Source: Eubacteriales bacterium
GTDB lineage: Bacteria > Bacillota > Clostridia > Oscillospirales > CAG-272
Direction: 5' to 3'
Length of the DNA stretch: 43,378 nucleotides
NCBI GenBank assembly: GCA_045536155.1
Contig: JAZSMZ010000067.1
Span: 1 to 43,378 of the forward strand
This document shows positions 27,951-36,396 of this stretch, in pieces. A program made the position numbers and the translations under genes. Numbering within the stretch: the stretch's first letter is position 1; each line of letters begins with the position of its first letter. The notes under the pieces were generated by a model, which worked only from the letters and a program-made list of their open reading frames with translations, had not been told where the DNA came from and made no database searches.

Positions 27951-27980
27951 AAAGCGCGGATATCAAATCCGCGCTTTTTT
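27951..27980. terminator. Bidirectional terminator
   Basis: aaagcgcggat-atcaa-atccgcgcttt hairpin plus T-run. Confidence 0.8.
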
Positions 27981-27984
27981 GCGT

Positions 27985-28443
27985 TTAATCCTCAAATTGT
28001 TTTCCGAGAAATCCTGCCGCCGTCTGCACAAGCTTCTGCTCGATGTCGTTTGCGGGGACATAAAGCTCGGCCGCAGAGCGAAGGGAGAGCACGCAGCCGG
28101 TGATGTCGCCGTCCGCTATTATGGGCATGGCGCATCCGACCTGCCAGCCGTTTGAATCGTCGTTTGATACCAAAACTGTCTTGTCCTGATTTGCCACGTA
28201 AAGTGCGCGCTTTTCGATGATGCCCTCAAGCTCGGCCGAAAGCCGCTTTTCGTAGAGCTCGCGCTTGGGAAGTCCGGCACATGCGATAACCGCATCGCGG
28301 TCGCATATCGCAACGGCAAACCCTCCCGTTTTGTGCAGCGTTTCCGCATATTGCGCAGCAAATTCGCTTAATTCGCCGATAGGCGAGTATTTTTTGAATA
28401 TCACCTCGCCGTCGCGATCGGTGTATATTTCAAGCGGGTCGCC
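27985..28443 (-). pseudogene. spoVT: 3' fragment of spoVT (from GDPLEI of the AbrB-type domain through the GAF-like domain)
   Basis: GDPLEIYTDRDGEVIFKKYSPIGELSEFAAQYAE...ICDRDAVIA...PIIADGDITGCVL...TAAGFLGKQFED is collinear with B. subtilis SpoVT, from memory. The first 30 codons or so are missing. Confidence 0.8.
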
Positions 28444-30210
28444 GCCACAGATAACATTGACACGAAAAACCTTATCGCGCCGCTTTTTAGCGCGTTGGGC
28501 TGCCACGATTGTATAATCATCGTCGGCTCTTTCGATATTTTCCGTGCCTAAATTAAAATTTACAGCTTCTTCGCTTTCTTCTCCATTCTTAAAATGCTCT
28601 ATTGTACCGGTGCGAAGAAGTTCATCGATATCGGCTTTAAGTTTGACATCGATATGATCTTCATAAACTATTATCCTATCAATAATCAAATTGATGTCGT
28701 TTCTGTCAAGTTTATCTTTTTCAATAATAGCATTAAATAAATCTATGACCGTCTTTGACACGCGATTAACTCTTATAATTGTATTGGCAGCGTCGGATAC
28801 CATAACAAGTTGATTGGTAAGACCTTCAATTCTATTGTTCGCCTCTTCGATTAATGCATCGTAGGTTTCTTCCAGTATCTTTGCATTGTCCTTATGCCTT
28901 ATCATGTCGCGTGTCTTTTGACGAGTCAAGGTCATCAATTCTTCTCTTTCGGCATCAATCTGTCGACTAAGCTCTTCGGCAGCTATCTTACTGCTTTCAG
29001 TTGCTCTTTGCTCATGACTCAACACCTCTTTTAAAATGTTCATCATACTCGAAGAATTATCTCTTACACGCGCTATATATTCTTTAAGCACGGTATCAAG
29101 AAACCTGGCTTTGATATGATGAGAAGTACAACCGGCACGTCCTCTTACGTGATACGTTCCGCATGTATATGCTTCTTCAAGATCCTTACGGCTCATGGCA
29201 AACATATGATTGCCGCAATCACCGCAAAAAAGATATCCGGAGTAAGTATTGTCATACTTTTTCACACCGCGATAAGCGTTTTTTGTGCGTTGTTTAAGAA
29301 GTTCTTGCGTAGTAGCAAAAACTCGGTAATCAACAATTGCCTCGTGATGGTTTTCGAATACAATATGCTCACTTTTGTCCAACGGCACAGCATTGCCGTT
29401 GATTTTTTTACGGTGATATTTTCTTTCGCGCAACGTGCCGATATAGAAATCATTATTTAAAATTTCAGAAACGGTGATAATGCTCCACTGTTCTCTGACC
29501 TTAGCTCTATACTCATCTCCTGCAGCTTCTTTGCGTGCCTTTTCTCTCATTCTCGGTGTGGGAATATGTTTGTCGGTTAAATAATTTGCAATTCTTTTAT
29601 AACCCCAGCCATCAACATAAAGCTTAAATATCGTTCTGACAACTTCGGCAGCCGGCTCGTCAACCTCAAAGATCATTTTCTTGGAATTTGTAATTACATA
29701 TCCGTACGGCACAGAACAGATCCATTCCCCTTTGGCCTGACGGCTTGCAATAACATCGGATACCTTTCGGCTGGCATCGGTTACCGGCATTTCATTTACA
29801 AAAAAGTAGAGCTTAATCTTCAGCCAGTCATCGGTATGATCCTGATAGTAATCCACTCCATCACCAATTGCAATAATTCTGATATCATGTTCAGCAAGAT
29901 CTTCAAATTCGGCAAGCCCCTTTCCCGTACGTCTGGAAAAACGGCTTAGATCTTTAACGATGAGTATATCATACTCGCCGCCGAGCAATTTGGGGCGAAG
30001 TTTTTGATAGTAATCGGGACGCTGCTCAAAAGTATATCCCGAATGATCTCTATCCTCGTAATAGTCAACCGTACTTGTCGGAAAATGAAGTTTACAATAT
30101 TCGCTGATTATTGCTTTTTGATTTTCAATACTTGTATTGTCCTTATTCAATTCAAGATCAACAGATATTCGCGTATATGCGGCTATCTTCAATTCATTCA
30201 ACAACATCAT
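27985..30210 (-). CDS. Large serine recombinase ORF reading in frame into the 3' part of spoVT (741 aa as it stands)
   Basis: The N-terminal 589 aa or so carry resolvase catalytic motifs (AAYTRISV, DRDHSGYTFERP, VKDLSRFSRR), a recombinase domain, a Zn ribbon (CGDCGNH...CGTYH...C) and a coiled coil. The last 152 aa are SpoVT-like. Confidence 0.9.
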   Translation of the reverse strand: MMLLNELKIAAYTRISVDLELNKDNTSIENQKAIISEYCKLHFPTSTVDYYEDRDHSGYTFEQRPDYYQKLRPKLLGGEYDILIVKDLSRFSRRTGKGLAEFEDLAEHDIRIIAIGDGVDYYQDHTDDWLKIKLYFFVNEMPVTDASRKVSDVIASRQAKGEWICSVPYGYVITNSKKMIFEVDEPAAEVVRTIFKLYVDGWGYKRIANYLTDKHIPTPRMREKARKEAAGDEYRAKVREQWSIITVSEILNNDFYIGTLRERKYHRKKINGNAVPLDKSEHIVFENHHEAIVDYRVFATTQELLKQRTKNAYRGVKKYDNTYSGYLFCGDCGNHMFAMSRKDLEEAYTCGTYHVRGRAGCTSHHIKARFLDTVLKEYIARVRDNSSSMMNILKEVLSHEQRATESSKIAAEELSRQIDAEREELMTLTRQKTRDMIRHKDNAKILEETYDALIEEANNRIEGLTNQLVMVSDAANTIIRVNRVSKTVIDLFNAIIEKDKLDRNDINLIIDRIIVYEDHIDVKLKADIDELLRTGTIEHFKNGEESEEAVNFNLGTENIERADDDYTIVAAQRAKKRRDKVFRVNVICGGDPLEIYTDRDGEVIFKKYSPIGELSEFAAQYAETLHKTGGFAVAICDRDAVIACAGLPKRELYEKRLSAELEGIIEKRALYVANQDKTVLVSNDDSNGWQVGCAMPIIADGDITGCVLSLRSAAELYVPANDIEQKLVQTAAGFLGKQFED

Positions 30211-30310
30211 ATTTCTCCATAAAAATTATTAACATCATTGTAACTAATATTTTTACGTTTGTCAATCATTTTGAGTAATAAAAACAATAACTAACGGTTA
30301 ACAATAATTG

Positions 30311-30338
30311 AAAAATGCCTTAAGTTTATCTTAAGGCA
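30311..30338 (-). terminator. Rho-independent terminator between the 73-aa gene and the recombinase
   Basis: tgccttaag-ataaa-cttaaggca followed by TTTTT on the minus strand. Confidence 0.65.
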
Positions 30339-30356
30339 CGTTTTGTTTGTATTGTA

Positions 30357-30578
30357 TTACATTGATTTGTCATCAACATCAATGGCATGCTTCAAAATAT
30401 CTTTTGTTAATGTTGTCAAATCTCCGTCACCTGACTTAAATACTGCAACTCGATACTTTTTCATTTTATATTCTGCATATATCGGTTTTAATTCGTCCTG
30501 TAATTTCGAATCATAGGCCTCCGATTTTGTAAGCCATATCGAAACATATTTATTTTCATCGTGTATAATCATTTCCAT
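30357..30578 (-). CDS. Hypothetical 73-aa protein
   Basis: ATG at 30578 lies 8 nt after AGGGAGG. No recognisable family. Its position next to the recombinase makes a directionality-factor role conceivable but unsupported. Confidence 0.5.
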   Translation of the reverse strand: MEMIIHDENKYVSIWLTKSEAYDSKLQDELKPIYAEYKMKKYRVAVFKSGDGDLTTLTKDILKHAIDVDDKSM

Positions 30579-30833
30579 ATGGCTCACCTCCCTTGATTAC
30601 AATTTTTAACTGATGTATATATAATTATTCATTCATCTGATTGTAGCAACCGTTGTTTTTTTAATATTTTACTTTGATATATTGATGAAAACTTTTATCA
30701 TCCCAAACTTTGCTCATTTCTCTTTATTGGAAATTATGCTATTATGCGCATGTTCGACAATCCTTCATTTGATAATATTATACTCTTTTTCGAAGAAGAT
30801 CCCTTTGTGCAATACAATATAGCGCCATTTAAT

Positions 30834-31952
30834 TTAACTGAAAAACGCTTTTTCCCATTTTTCGAAGCTTATAGTTTCGAACCGTACCCTTTCACCCAAA
30901 TATTGTTCGAGCACCTCTTTTTGGTAATCAAAGCAAACAACCACTCCTTCCATATCATAAATCTCCAAGCTCCTTTTGAAGCGTTTGATACGCGGCCAAT
31001 CGAAGGTATGCGCAAACAATACCGGAAGTCCATCCTCGGTAAATGCATCATTTTCGATTGCGGAAGATGGATTATGTTCGCAAAGATCGGTTTTTAAAAT
31101 CTCATTCAGCTGTTTGTTCAAATACGTGTCGCAAAGTAATTGAATCAGTCGTTCACCTTTACGGTCATTGGTCAGAAAAAAGAAATGCTCATAGCAATCT
31201 TCATCTATTGCATACAACGTGTTTGTGGCAACTGTAAGAAGCTTATACGCCGTTTCTATATTATTGGCAAGCAGTATCGCCTTTCCTTTATTCGGAAGAT
31301 ACAGACCATATTGCCGCTGCAAACAACAGTTATTCATCAAAAATACTTTTGTTCGCATTTCAGCATTATTCGACCACTTCATCAATGAACCGCCAAGATT
31401 GTATACGACAAATAAATCATCTGCCGAAAGCAGCACCCCCACGGAACGTGCACCGGAGATCTTTACAGCTTCTTGACCTATTGACTTGATCTCACGTGAA
31501 TTAAAGAAAAAAGGTTCATCGATCTGCAATGCGGTTGATAGGGGTATGGGCGTAAATACATTAGGCTTTTCGTCGCGGTAAACGTGCACACCTGCATTGA
31601 TCATAGTAACCGTAGTTTCTGCTATACGACGCAATCGAATCCGACGAGTAATCTCACTTTTGAGATGATTTGTGTCGTTGTCGCCGGTTAACCAGAATTG
31701 AAACCTATCAGGATTTTTTTCGAGCAGCAGCGTCTTACCGTTTTTTGAAAGACGAAATGCTCGATACTTATCAGCGTAGTATGTATGAATCATTTTTTGT
31801 TTTTTTAGTTCTTTAATCAAATTCATTTTGTATCTCTCTCCACCGGTCAATCTGGGCAACTGGTCAACCGGGAATTCGCCGCACATGGCGATTAAAGAGA
31901 GTATAAGATATCGTATTGAGTTATCCATGGGCATAGGTATTTGTTTTTTCAT
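30834..31952 (-). CDS. Hypothetical 372-aa protein
   Basis: GGAGGA RBS. The N-terminal 80 aa or so look like a winged-helix domain (IRYLILSLIAMCGEFPVDQLPRLTGG...). The rest is unrecognised. Confidence 0.6.
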   Translation of the reverse strand: MKKQIPMPMDNSIRYLILSLIAMCGEFPVDQLPRLTGGERYKMNLIKELKKQKMIHTYYADKYRAFRLSKNGKTLLLEKNPDRFQFWLTGDNDTNHLKSEITRRIRLRRIAETTVTMINAGVHVYRDEKPNVFTPIPLSTALQIDEPFFFNSREIKSIGQEAVKISGARSVGVLLSADDLFVVYNLGGSLMKWSNNAEMRTKVFLMNNCCLQRQYGLYLPNKGKAILLANNIETAYKLLTVATNTLYAIDEDCYEHFFFLTNDRKGERLIQLLCDTYLNKQLNEILKTDLCEHNPSSAIENDAFTEDGLPVLFAHTFDWPRIKRFKRSLEIYDMEGVVVCFDYQKEVLEQYLGERVRFETISFEKWEKAFFS

Positions 31953-32117
31953 AGCTGTTTTCCTCCATTATTTTTTCTTACCGCTACCTCCAATCATTTC
32001 GGTAAAAAAATCGAGTATGAGACAAGCATTTTTCCCTGCAAATAAGCGTTTTTCAGATCTTTTTACCGTCCTGCCAAATTGATTGTTTTAACTTTTGCGG
32101 TTTTGGTATCCCTCAAT

Positions 32118-32879
32118 TTAGCTTTTCGAACGCTCGGAAAGCCATATCAAAAATTGTTCTTTTCTCATAATTAGTATTCTTGTTAAATCCTTTTCGCCAA
32201 GCACTGTTGTATGATATGCGTCGCAATTAAGTCCGCTATCATCCTTTAGAAAAAAAGCCGCCACAACATCAAGAAGCTTTTTTTGCTCTGTGTTATCATA
32301 GTCAAGCACTCGTCCGATACCGAGGGTTTTGTCATATTCATGAATGAAGCAAACAGCACATTCATCAAAATGCTGTATCGTATGAGACTGTACATACTGC
32401 TCTAAAATACGATATGCAGGATCGATCAGATACTCTGAACTCTTCCACGATTTAGCTTTTGGAACAAGTCCGGGAAATGTCAATTCAACGATCCCGTCAT
32501 ATTCGTTCACCGACATATCTAACTGCTCACCAGCTTTAATCAGATAATCCCGAGAGCGGATATCTGTTGCAAGATAGAGCAAATGTCTCAATCTTCGCGT
32601 GATCTGCTCACTCTTAAATGCCGATTCGCTCAATAAATAATTGCTGTTATTGGGAAGGCATTTGGGCAAATGTGGTGTTATAAGTTCGAGCCACAGTATA
32701 ATATTTTTCATCTCTTTACAAATACTTTCGATATTTTTCTTCACCGTAAATAGTGTGTTATTTGTCTCGAAAGACCCCACGTCTGATGCTTTTGGGAATA
32801 AGCCTTCATCACTATCATTAAGCAGCTCAATTTTTCCACATGATATTAATTTGTCATTGTTCTTTTTTCTTTCGCACAT
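32118..32879 (-). CDS. Hypothetical 253-aa protein; the C-terminal half has a RusA-like D-x-D-N...K...D...DD pattern
   Basis: GAGAGG RBS. VLDYDNTEQKKLLDVVAAFFLKDDSG resembles the RusA resolvase core (DLDNLQKAAFDALT...DD). This is a weak, motif-level match only. Confidence 0.55.
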   Translation of the reverse strand: MCERKKNNDKLISCGKIELLNDSDEGLFPKASDVGSFETNNTLFTVKKNIESICKEMKNIILWLELITPHLPKCLPNNSNYLLSESAFKSEQITRRLRHLLYLATDIRSRDYLIKAGEQLDMSVNEYDGIVELTFPGLVPKAKSWKSSEYLIDPAYRILEQYVQSHTIQHFDECAVCFIHEYDKTLGIGRVLDYDNTEQKKLLDVVAAFFLKDDSGLNCDAYHTTVLGEKDLTRILIMRKEQFLIWLSERSKS

Positions 32880-33104
32880 ATAAAAAGCCTCTCGCTATAT
32901 TTCTTCATACAAATTATATCATATATAGAAAAATGACACAAGGAAAGCGCCGAGTAACTTTCAAGTATGTTTTGGGCAAATTATTTTCTTGATTGGTTTT
33001 TCATGATTTATAGATTAATGGAAGAATATAAAACAAAAAAAAATCATGCACATTTGTACATGATTTTCATAATCAATATTGCCTTTTCAGCACCTTGCCG
33101 AGGC

Positions 33105-33761
33105 TTATTCAAACTGTTGATCATCCGCACAGTTTTCAGACAAAAAAGTTCCATAGATGTCTTCTTCCGCTCTATGACGCGCTTTCACAGCATCTTCATA
33201 ATTGCTGTAGGAACCAAAATACATAAGTTTTCCTTTGAACTTCAATCTAACGTGCCACTTCTGATTTCTCTTATGCCAATATACTCCTCTGGTGCCGCTT
33301 GTATTGGCTGCTGTCAGTTTCATATCCTGTATTTTTGATATCTGTGTACCGCCGATAAAACCCGCGGCCTCCTTCATTGCCAACGGAGCTGTTTCTTTCA
33401 AACACTTTTGACACATTCGTTCTTTTTTATCAGAAAGCGATCCTGTGGTTCGTAGCACAATTTCTCCACATTCGCAACGGCATTCCCATAATGTATGTAG
33501 TTGATTCCCTCTTTTTCGTTTTTCGTTTGCCTTTCTGATGACAGTCAGTTTGCCAAAAATCTGTCCTGTAAGATCTGGAGATTTCAAACAACCGCAATTG
33601 GTGACATGGCCGCTTTTAAGATTCCCGGTTGTAACAATATGTGTTTTTCCACAATCACAAAGGCAATTCCAACGTCTATGGCCTTTTTCATTGGACGGCA
33701 TCAACTCCTGAACAACAAGTTTACCAAACCTTTGTCCGATTAGATTTTCATATTCACGCAT
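33105..33761 (-). CDS. AP2-domain DNA-binding protein with N-terminal Cys-rich repeats (phage-type)
   Basis: Two copies of GQxFGKLxV...W.C.C.CG...L.SG...CGC, then GVYWHKRNQKWHVRLKFKGKLMYFGSYSNYEDAVKARHRAE, an AP2/integrase-type DNA-binding domain. Confidence 0.7.
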   Translation of the reverse strand: MREYENLIGQRFGKLVVQELMPSNEKGHRRWNCLCDCGKTHIVTTGNLKSGHVTNCGCLKSPDLTGQIFGKLTVIRKANEKRKRGNQLHTLWECRCECGEIVLRTTGSLSDKKERMCQKCLKETAPLAMKEAAGFIGGTQISKIQDMKLTAANTSGTRGVYWHKRNQKWHVRLKFKGKLMYFGSYSNYEDAVKARHRAEEDIYGTFLSENCADDQQFE

Positions 33762-33877
33762 TTATATGCACTCCTATTTGCCATCCTCGCCCTCATATTG
33801 TGCCAATTTACGTTTTTATAAAAGCAACTATCAAATAATTACTCTTTGGCCAATGTTAAATTAAATTTTGGTTGGTA

Positions 33878-34447
33878 TCATTCAAAATGATACACGCCAA
33901 GATAAGGATTAAAAGGACTTCCACTCGCGCGTCTGGTAAGACCTTCACCGGCAATTACATCCGGATATCCAAAGCCTGCGCCATCAATAAAAAACCATAC
34001 GACTCTGTCAACTACAACATCTTCTTCATCGTAAACATTGCGAAGAAGAATAATCTTTTCTTCATCTTTAACCGCTGCGACCGCCTCGGCAAAAGTATCA
34101 TATGTAACATCTCCGATTTGCGCAGCAGGTCCCTCGGTATCCGACTCGGTTTCTACAGGATCTGTCACAACAACAATCGGCTCTGTTTCCTCTACCGTTG
34201 TTTCCTCTGCAGTTGTCTCTTCGACAGTTGTTTCTTCTGCAGTTGTCTCTTCGATAGTTGTCTCTTCTACAGTTGTCTCTTCTGCAGTTGTTTCCTCGAC
34301 AGTTGTTTCTTCTACAGTTGTTTCTTCATAATCCGTAGAAACAGGGGTTTCAGTTGTATTTACATCAACATCAATATCAGTTACCGCGCATCCTGCGGCA
34401 ACAATTACAAATACAACAGTTAAAATAAGTGCAAATATTTTTTTCAT
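33878..34447 (-). CDS. Lipoprotein with an (EETTx)9 linker and a C-terminal module shared with the giant surface protein
   Basis: Signal peptide plus lipobox IVAAGC. The start overlaps the VanZ stop (ATGA). AQIGDVTYDTFAEAVAAVKDEEKIILL is similar to repeated modules in ORF 36534..43378. Confidence 0.7.
   Translation of the reverse strand: MKKIFALILTVVFVIVAAGCAVTDIDVDVNTTETPVSTDYEETTVEETTVEETTAEETTVEETTIEETTAEETTVEETTAEETTVEETEPIVVVTDPVETESDTEGPAAQIGDVTYDTFAEAVAAVKDEEKIILLRNVYDEEDVVVDRVVWFFIDGAGFGYPDVIAGEGLTRRASGSPFNPYLGVYHFE
34184..34327 (-). repeat. 15-nt tandem repeat, about 9.6 copies, encoding EETT(V/A/I)
   Basis: A near-identical unit (plus strand ttc-n-acagttgt-y-tc) is repeated head to tail inside the lipoprotein CDS. 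Confidence 0.85.
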
Positions 34448-34956
34448 TTTACAGTCTTTCCATTATAAAATTTCTGATTCGATGAGTGAATTGATGTATG
34501 AGAACTTTTTTGAATCTTTAATGTCACAAGTAATTCTCCTATTAATACTCCGCATATCACACCGAAAAAATCAATGATCACATCCGAAACACTGCTTGTT
34601 CGCCCTGTAAAACTCTGGATAAACTCGTCAATAACCGCAACGAGCAATCCACAAAGAAGCGGCAAGGAAATATGATGGTTGCCTTTTGTATAACAAATCA
34701 AAGTTATCATTCCTGCAACCGAAAATCCCAGCAAGGCAAATTCAAGAATGTGTGATGCTTTTCGAACAAAATAATTGATATCCTCGGTAGAGATTGTGTC
34801 GTTCGAGTCAAATATCGATTCGATTAAATCCACCAGACCCTTGCTCTGTTCGTATGATTCCTCTCCGTTTTTCAATGAGTTAGAAATAATAAATACTATT
34901 GAAAACACGGTAAGGATAACAAACACGAACGCACATATTTTTATATGTTTTTTCAT
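34444..34956 (-). CDS. VanZ-family membrane protein
   Basis: FVRKASHILEFALLGF...DEFIQSFTGRTSSVSDVIIDFFGVICG is typical of VanZ-like proteins, with 4 TM helices. Confidence 0.75.
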   Translation of the reverse strand: MKKHIKICAFVFVILTVFSIVFIISNSLKNGEESYEQSKGLVDLIESIFDSNDTISTEDINYFVRKASHILEFALLGFSVAGMITLICYTKGNHHISLPLLCGLLVAVIDEFIQSFTGRTSSVSDVIIDFFGVICGVLIGELLVTLKIQKSSHTSIHSSNQKFYNGKTVK

Positions 34957-35275
34957 GGGTTTCTCCTATCATCGGATATGACACGAAAAATTTCTCACGC
35001 CATCTTATTGACATTGAAAATGTAATACTGGCTTAATGAACGCAATCCCAGTGTTATAAATATGTAATCGGTCATCGAAAAATATGTTTTAAGCTATTAT
35101 ATTTTTTCTGCCCTGTCAGAACATACTTAAAGGGCATATTATATTCGTTGTTAAGTGGCTCCTTATCTTTTGTAAGCAAACTAATAAGGAGACTTGTTTA
35201 TTCGCGTATGTGCCAACTAATCATTATGATCATATTAAAAAGATCACATCTGTGAATTGATATATAGGAGCTATT

Positions 35276-35310
35276 GCATGAAAAAGTGCGGCGTTTGCAC
35301 TTTTTCATGC
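35276..35310. repeat. Perfect 14-bp inverted repeat (gcatgaaaaagtgc / gcactttttcatgc) with a 7-nt loop
   Basis: Read directly from the sequence. It lies in the 450-bp non-coding AT-rich spacer between the VanZ and PqqD genes. Confidence 0.8.
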
Positions 35311-35410
35311 ACTCCTATCCATTGATTGCAACGCTATTTTTTCATATGCGTATATAGATCAATTAAACCATTGACATCCTGACGAACGCCGTCAGGAAAT
35401 CCAACGGTTT

Positions 35411-35674
35411 TTATTCGATGCAGCCGACTTTTTCCAAAGTGGAAATAAACTCGTCCACATCAGACAATGCCTGTTCGCGCTCGACATCGTATTCAGCCAA
35501 AAGCGCATCAGCCATTGCATCACGGTCGCTTCCATTTTCCAATGTTCTCCAAAGAAGAACACCGGAATCGTTTAAAGAAAGCATACCGTTAAAACTTACA
35601 GAGGCTTTCCCTACGGGTAAAACAACCCATTGAGAGGAAACCTGACGAAGGACATATCCTTCTTTAATTCTCAT
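35411..35674 (-). CDS. PqqD-family protein (RiPP recognition element / peptide chaperone)
   Basis: 87 aa. VLPVGKASVSFNGMLSLNDSGVLLWRTLENG...ADALLAEYDVEREQALSDVDEFISTLEKVGCIE is a classic stand-alone PqqD/RRE pattern. The start overlaps the kinase stop (ATGA). Confidence 0.85.
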   Translation of the reverse strand: MRIKEGYVLRQVSSQWVVLPVGKASVSFNGMLSLNDSGVLLWRTLENGSDRDAMADALLAEYDVEREQALSDVDEFISTLEKVGCIE

Positions 35675-36396
35675 AAACCAACCTCCTTAGCAGCACGGCA
35701 CATTGTTTCATAACTAAGTAGTGCTGCATCGGTATCGGGACGATTTTCTAGCTCGAAAATCGGGATACTGCGTATGAATAAGTCAGCCATTTTCAACAAA
35801 TTGCTCATTTCCTCGGCTTCCAGTTCTCTATGCAACGTCTGCGTTAGAAACGAAGAGAACGCCTCCATACCGTCTAATTGGTGAATATGATTATAAGGTG
35901 CTCGTTTTAGAAAACAAACACCAGCCAACGGTACCTTAACATTACAATTGATACCATCCTTACCGCACCATGGCGTACCATATGCATACCAACTGCCATC
36001 GATATAGCGCAAAGCAGGCTTATCATCGTTGAAAACCTTAGCCTTTTCGCCAAATACCTGTTGCCATGTTCTTGTATGTGTGCTTTTGCCCACACCACAT
36101 GGGCCAGAAAATAAGTAGGCCTTATTATCAATCATAACAGCAGACGAATGAAGATAAAAACCCTGGAATGCAATCAACCCACGATAAAACTGATAAGCCG
36201 ATTCCATATAGGCAACTGTATTTTCACCTATCCGTTTATCATACTTATCTGCACGATAATGTTCCGAATGTATAGAGATATCGGATTGTACCGTTTCCGA
36301 ACACACATATTCCGCACAGCGGGAAGCTAAGCCTCCCGCTGTGGGAACTGAAACATATAGGTCAGCAATTTTGCAAAGTATCACTTGCTCATTCAC
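35671..36396 (-). CDS. HPr-kinase-like P-loop protein (HprK-related kinase of RiPP clusters)
   Basis: LHSSAVMIDNKAYLFSGPCGVGKSTHTRTW resembles the HprK C-domain Walker A region. The GTG start directly abuts the TAA of the upstream peptide ORF. Confidence 0.6.
   Translation of the reverse strand: MNEQVILCKIADLYVSVPTAGGLASRCAEYVCSETVQSDISIHSEHYRADKYDKRIGENTVAYMESAYQFYRGLIAFQGFYLHSSAVMIDNKAYLFSGPCGVGKSTHTRTWQQVFGEKAKVFNDDKPALRYIDGSWYAYGTPWCGKDGINCNVKVPLAGVCFLKRAPYNHIHQLDGMEAFSSFLTQTLHRELEAEEMSNLLKMADLFIRSIPIFELENRPDTDAALLSYETMCRAAKEVGL

Noticed and set aside
35278-35325. 15-aa micro-ORF MKKCGVCTFSCTPIH with AGGAG 7 nt upstream
   Set aside because: Its sequence is dictated by the perfect 14-bp inverted repeat it sits in, since both arms supply the codons. 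It is on the opposite strand to the neighbouring RiPP-like genes. It is most likely fortuitous.
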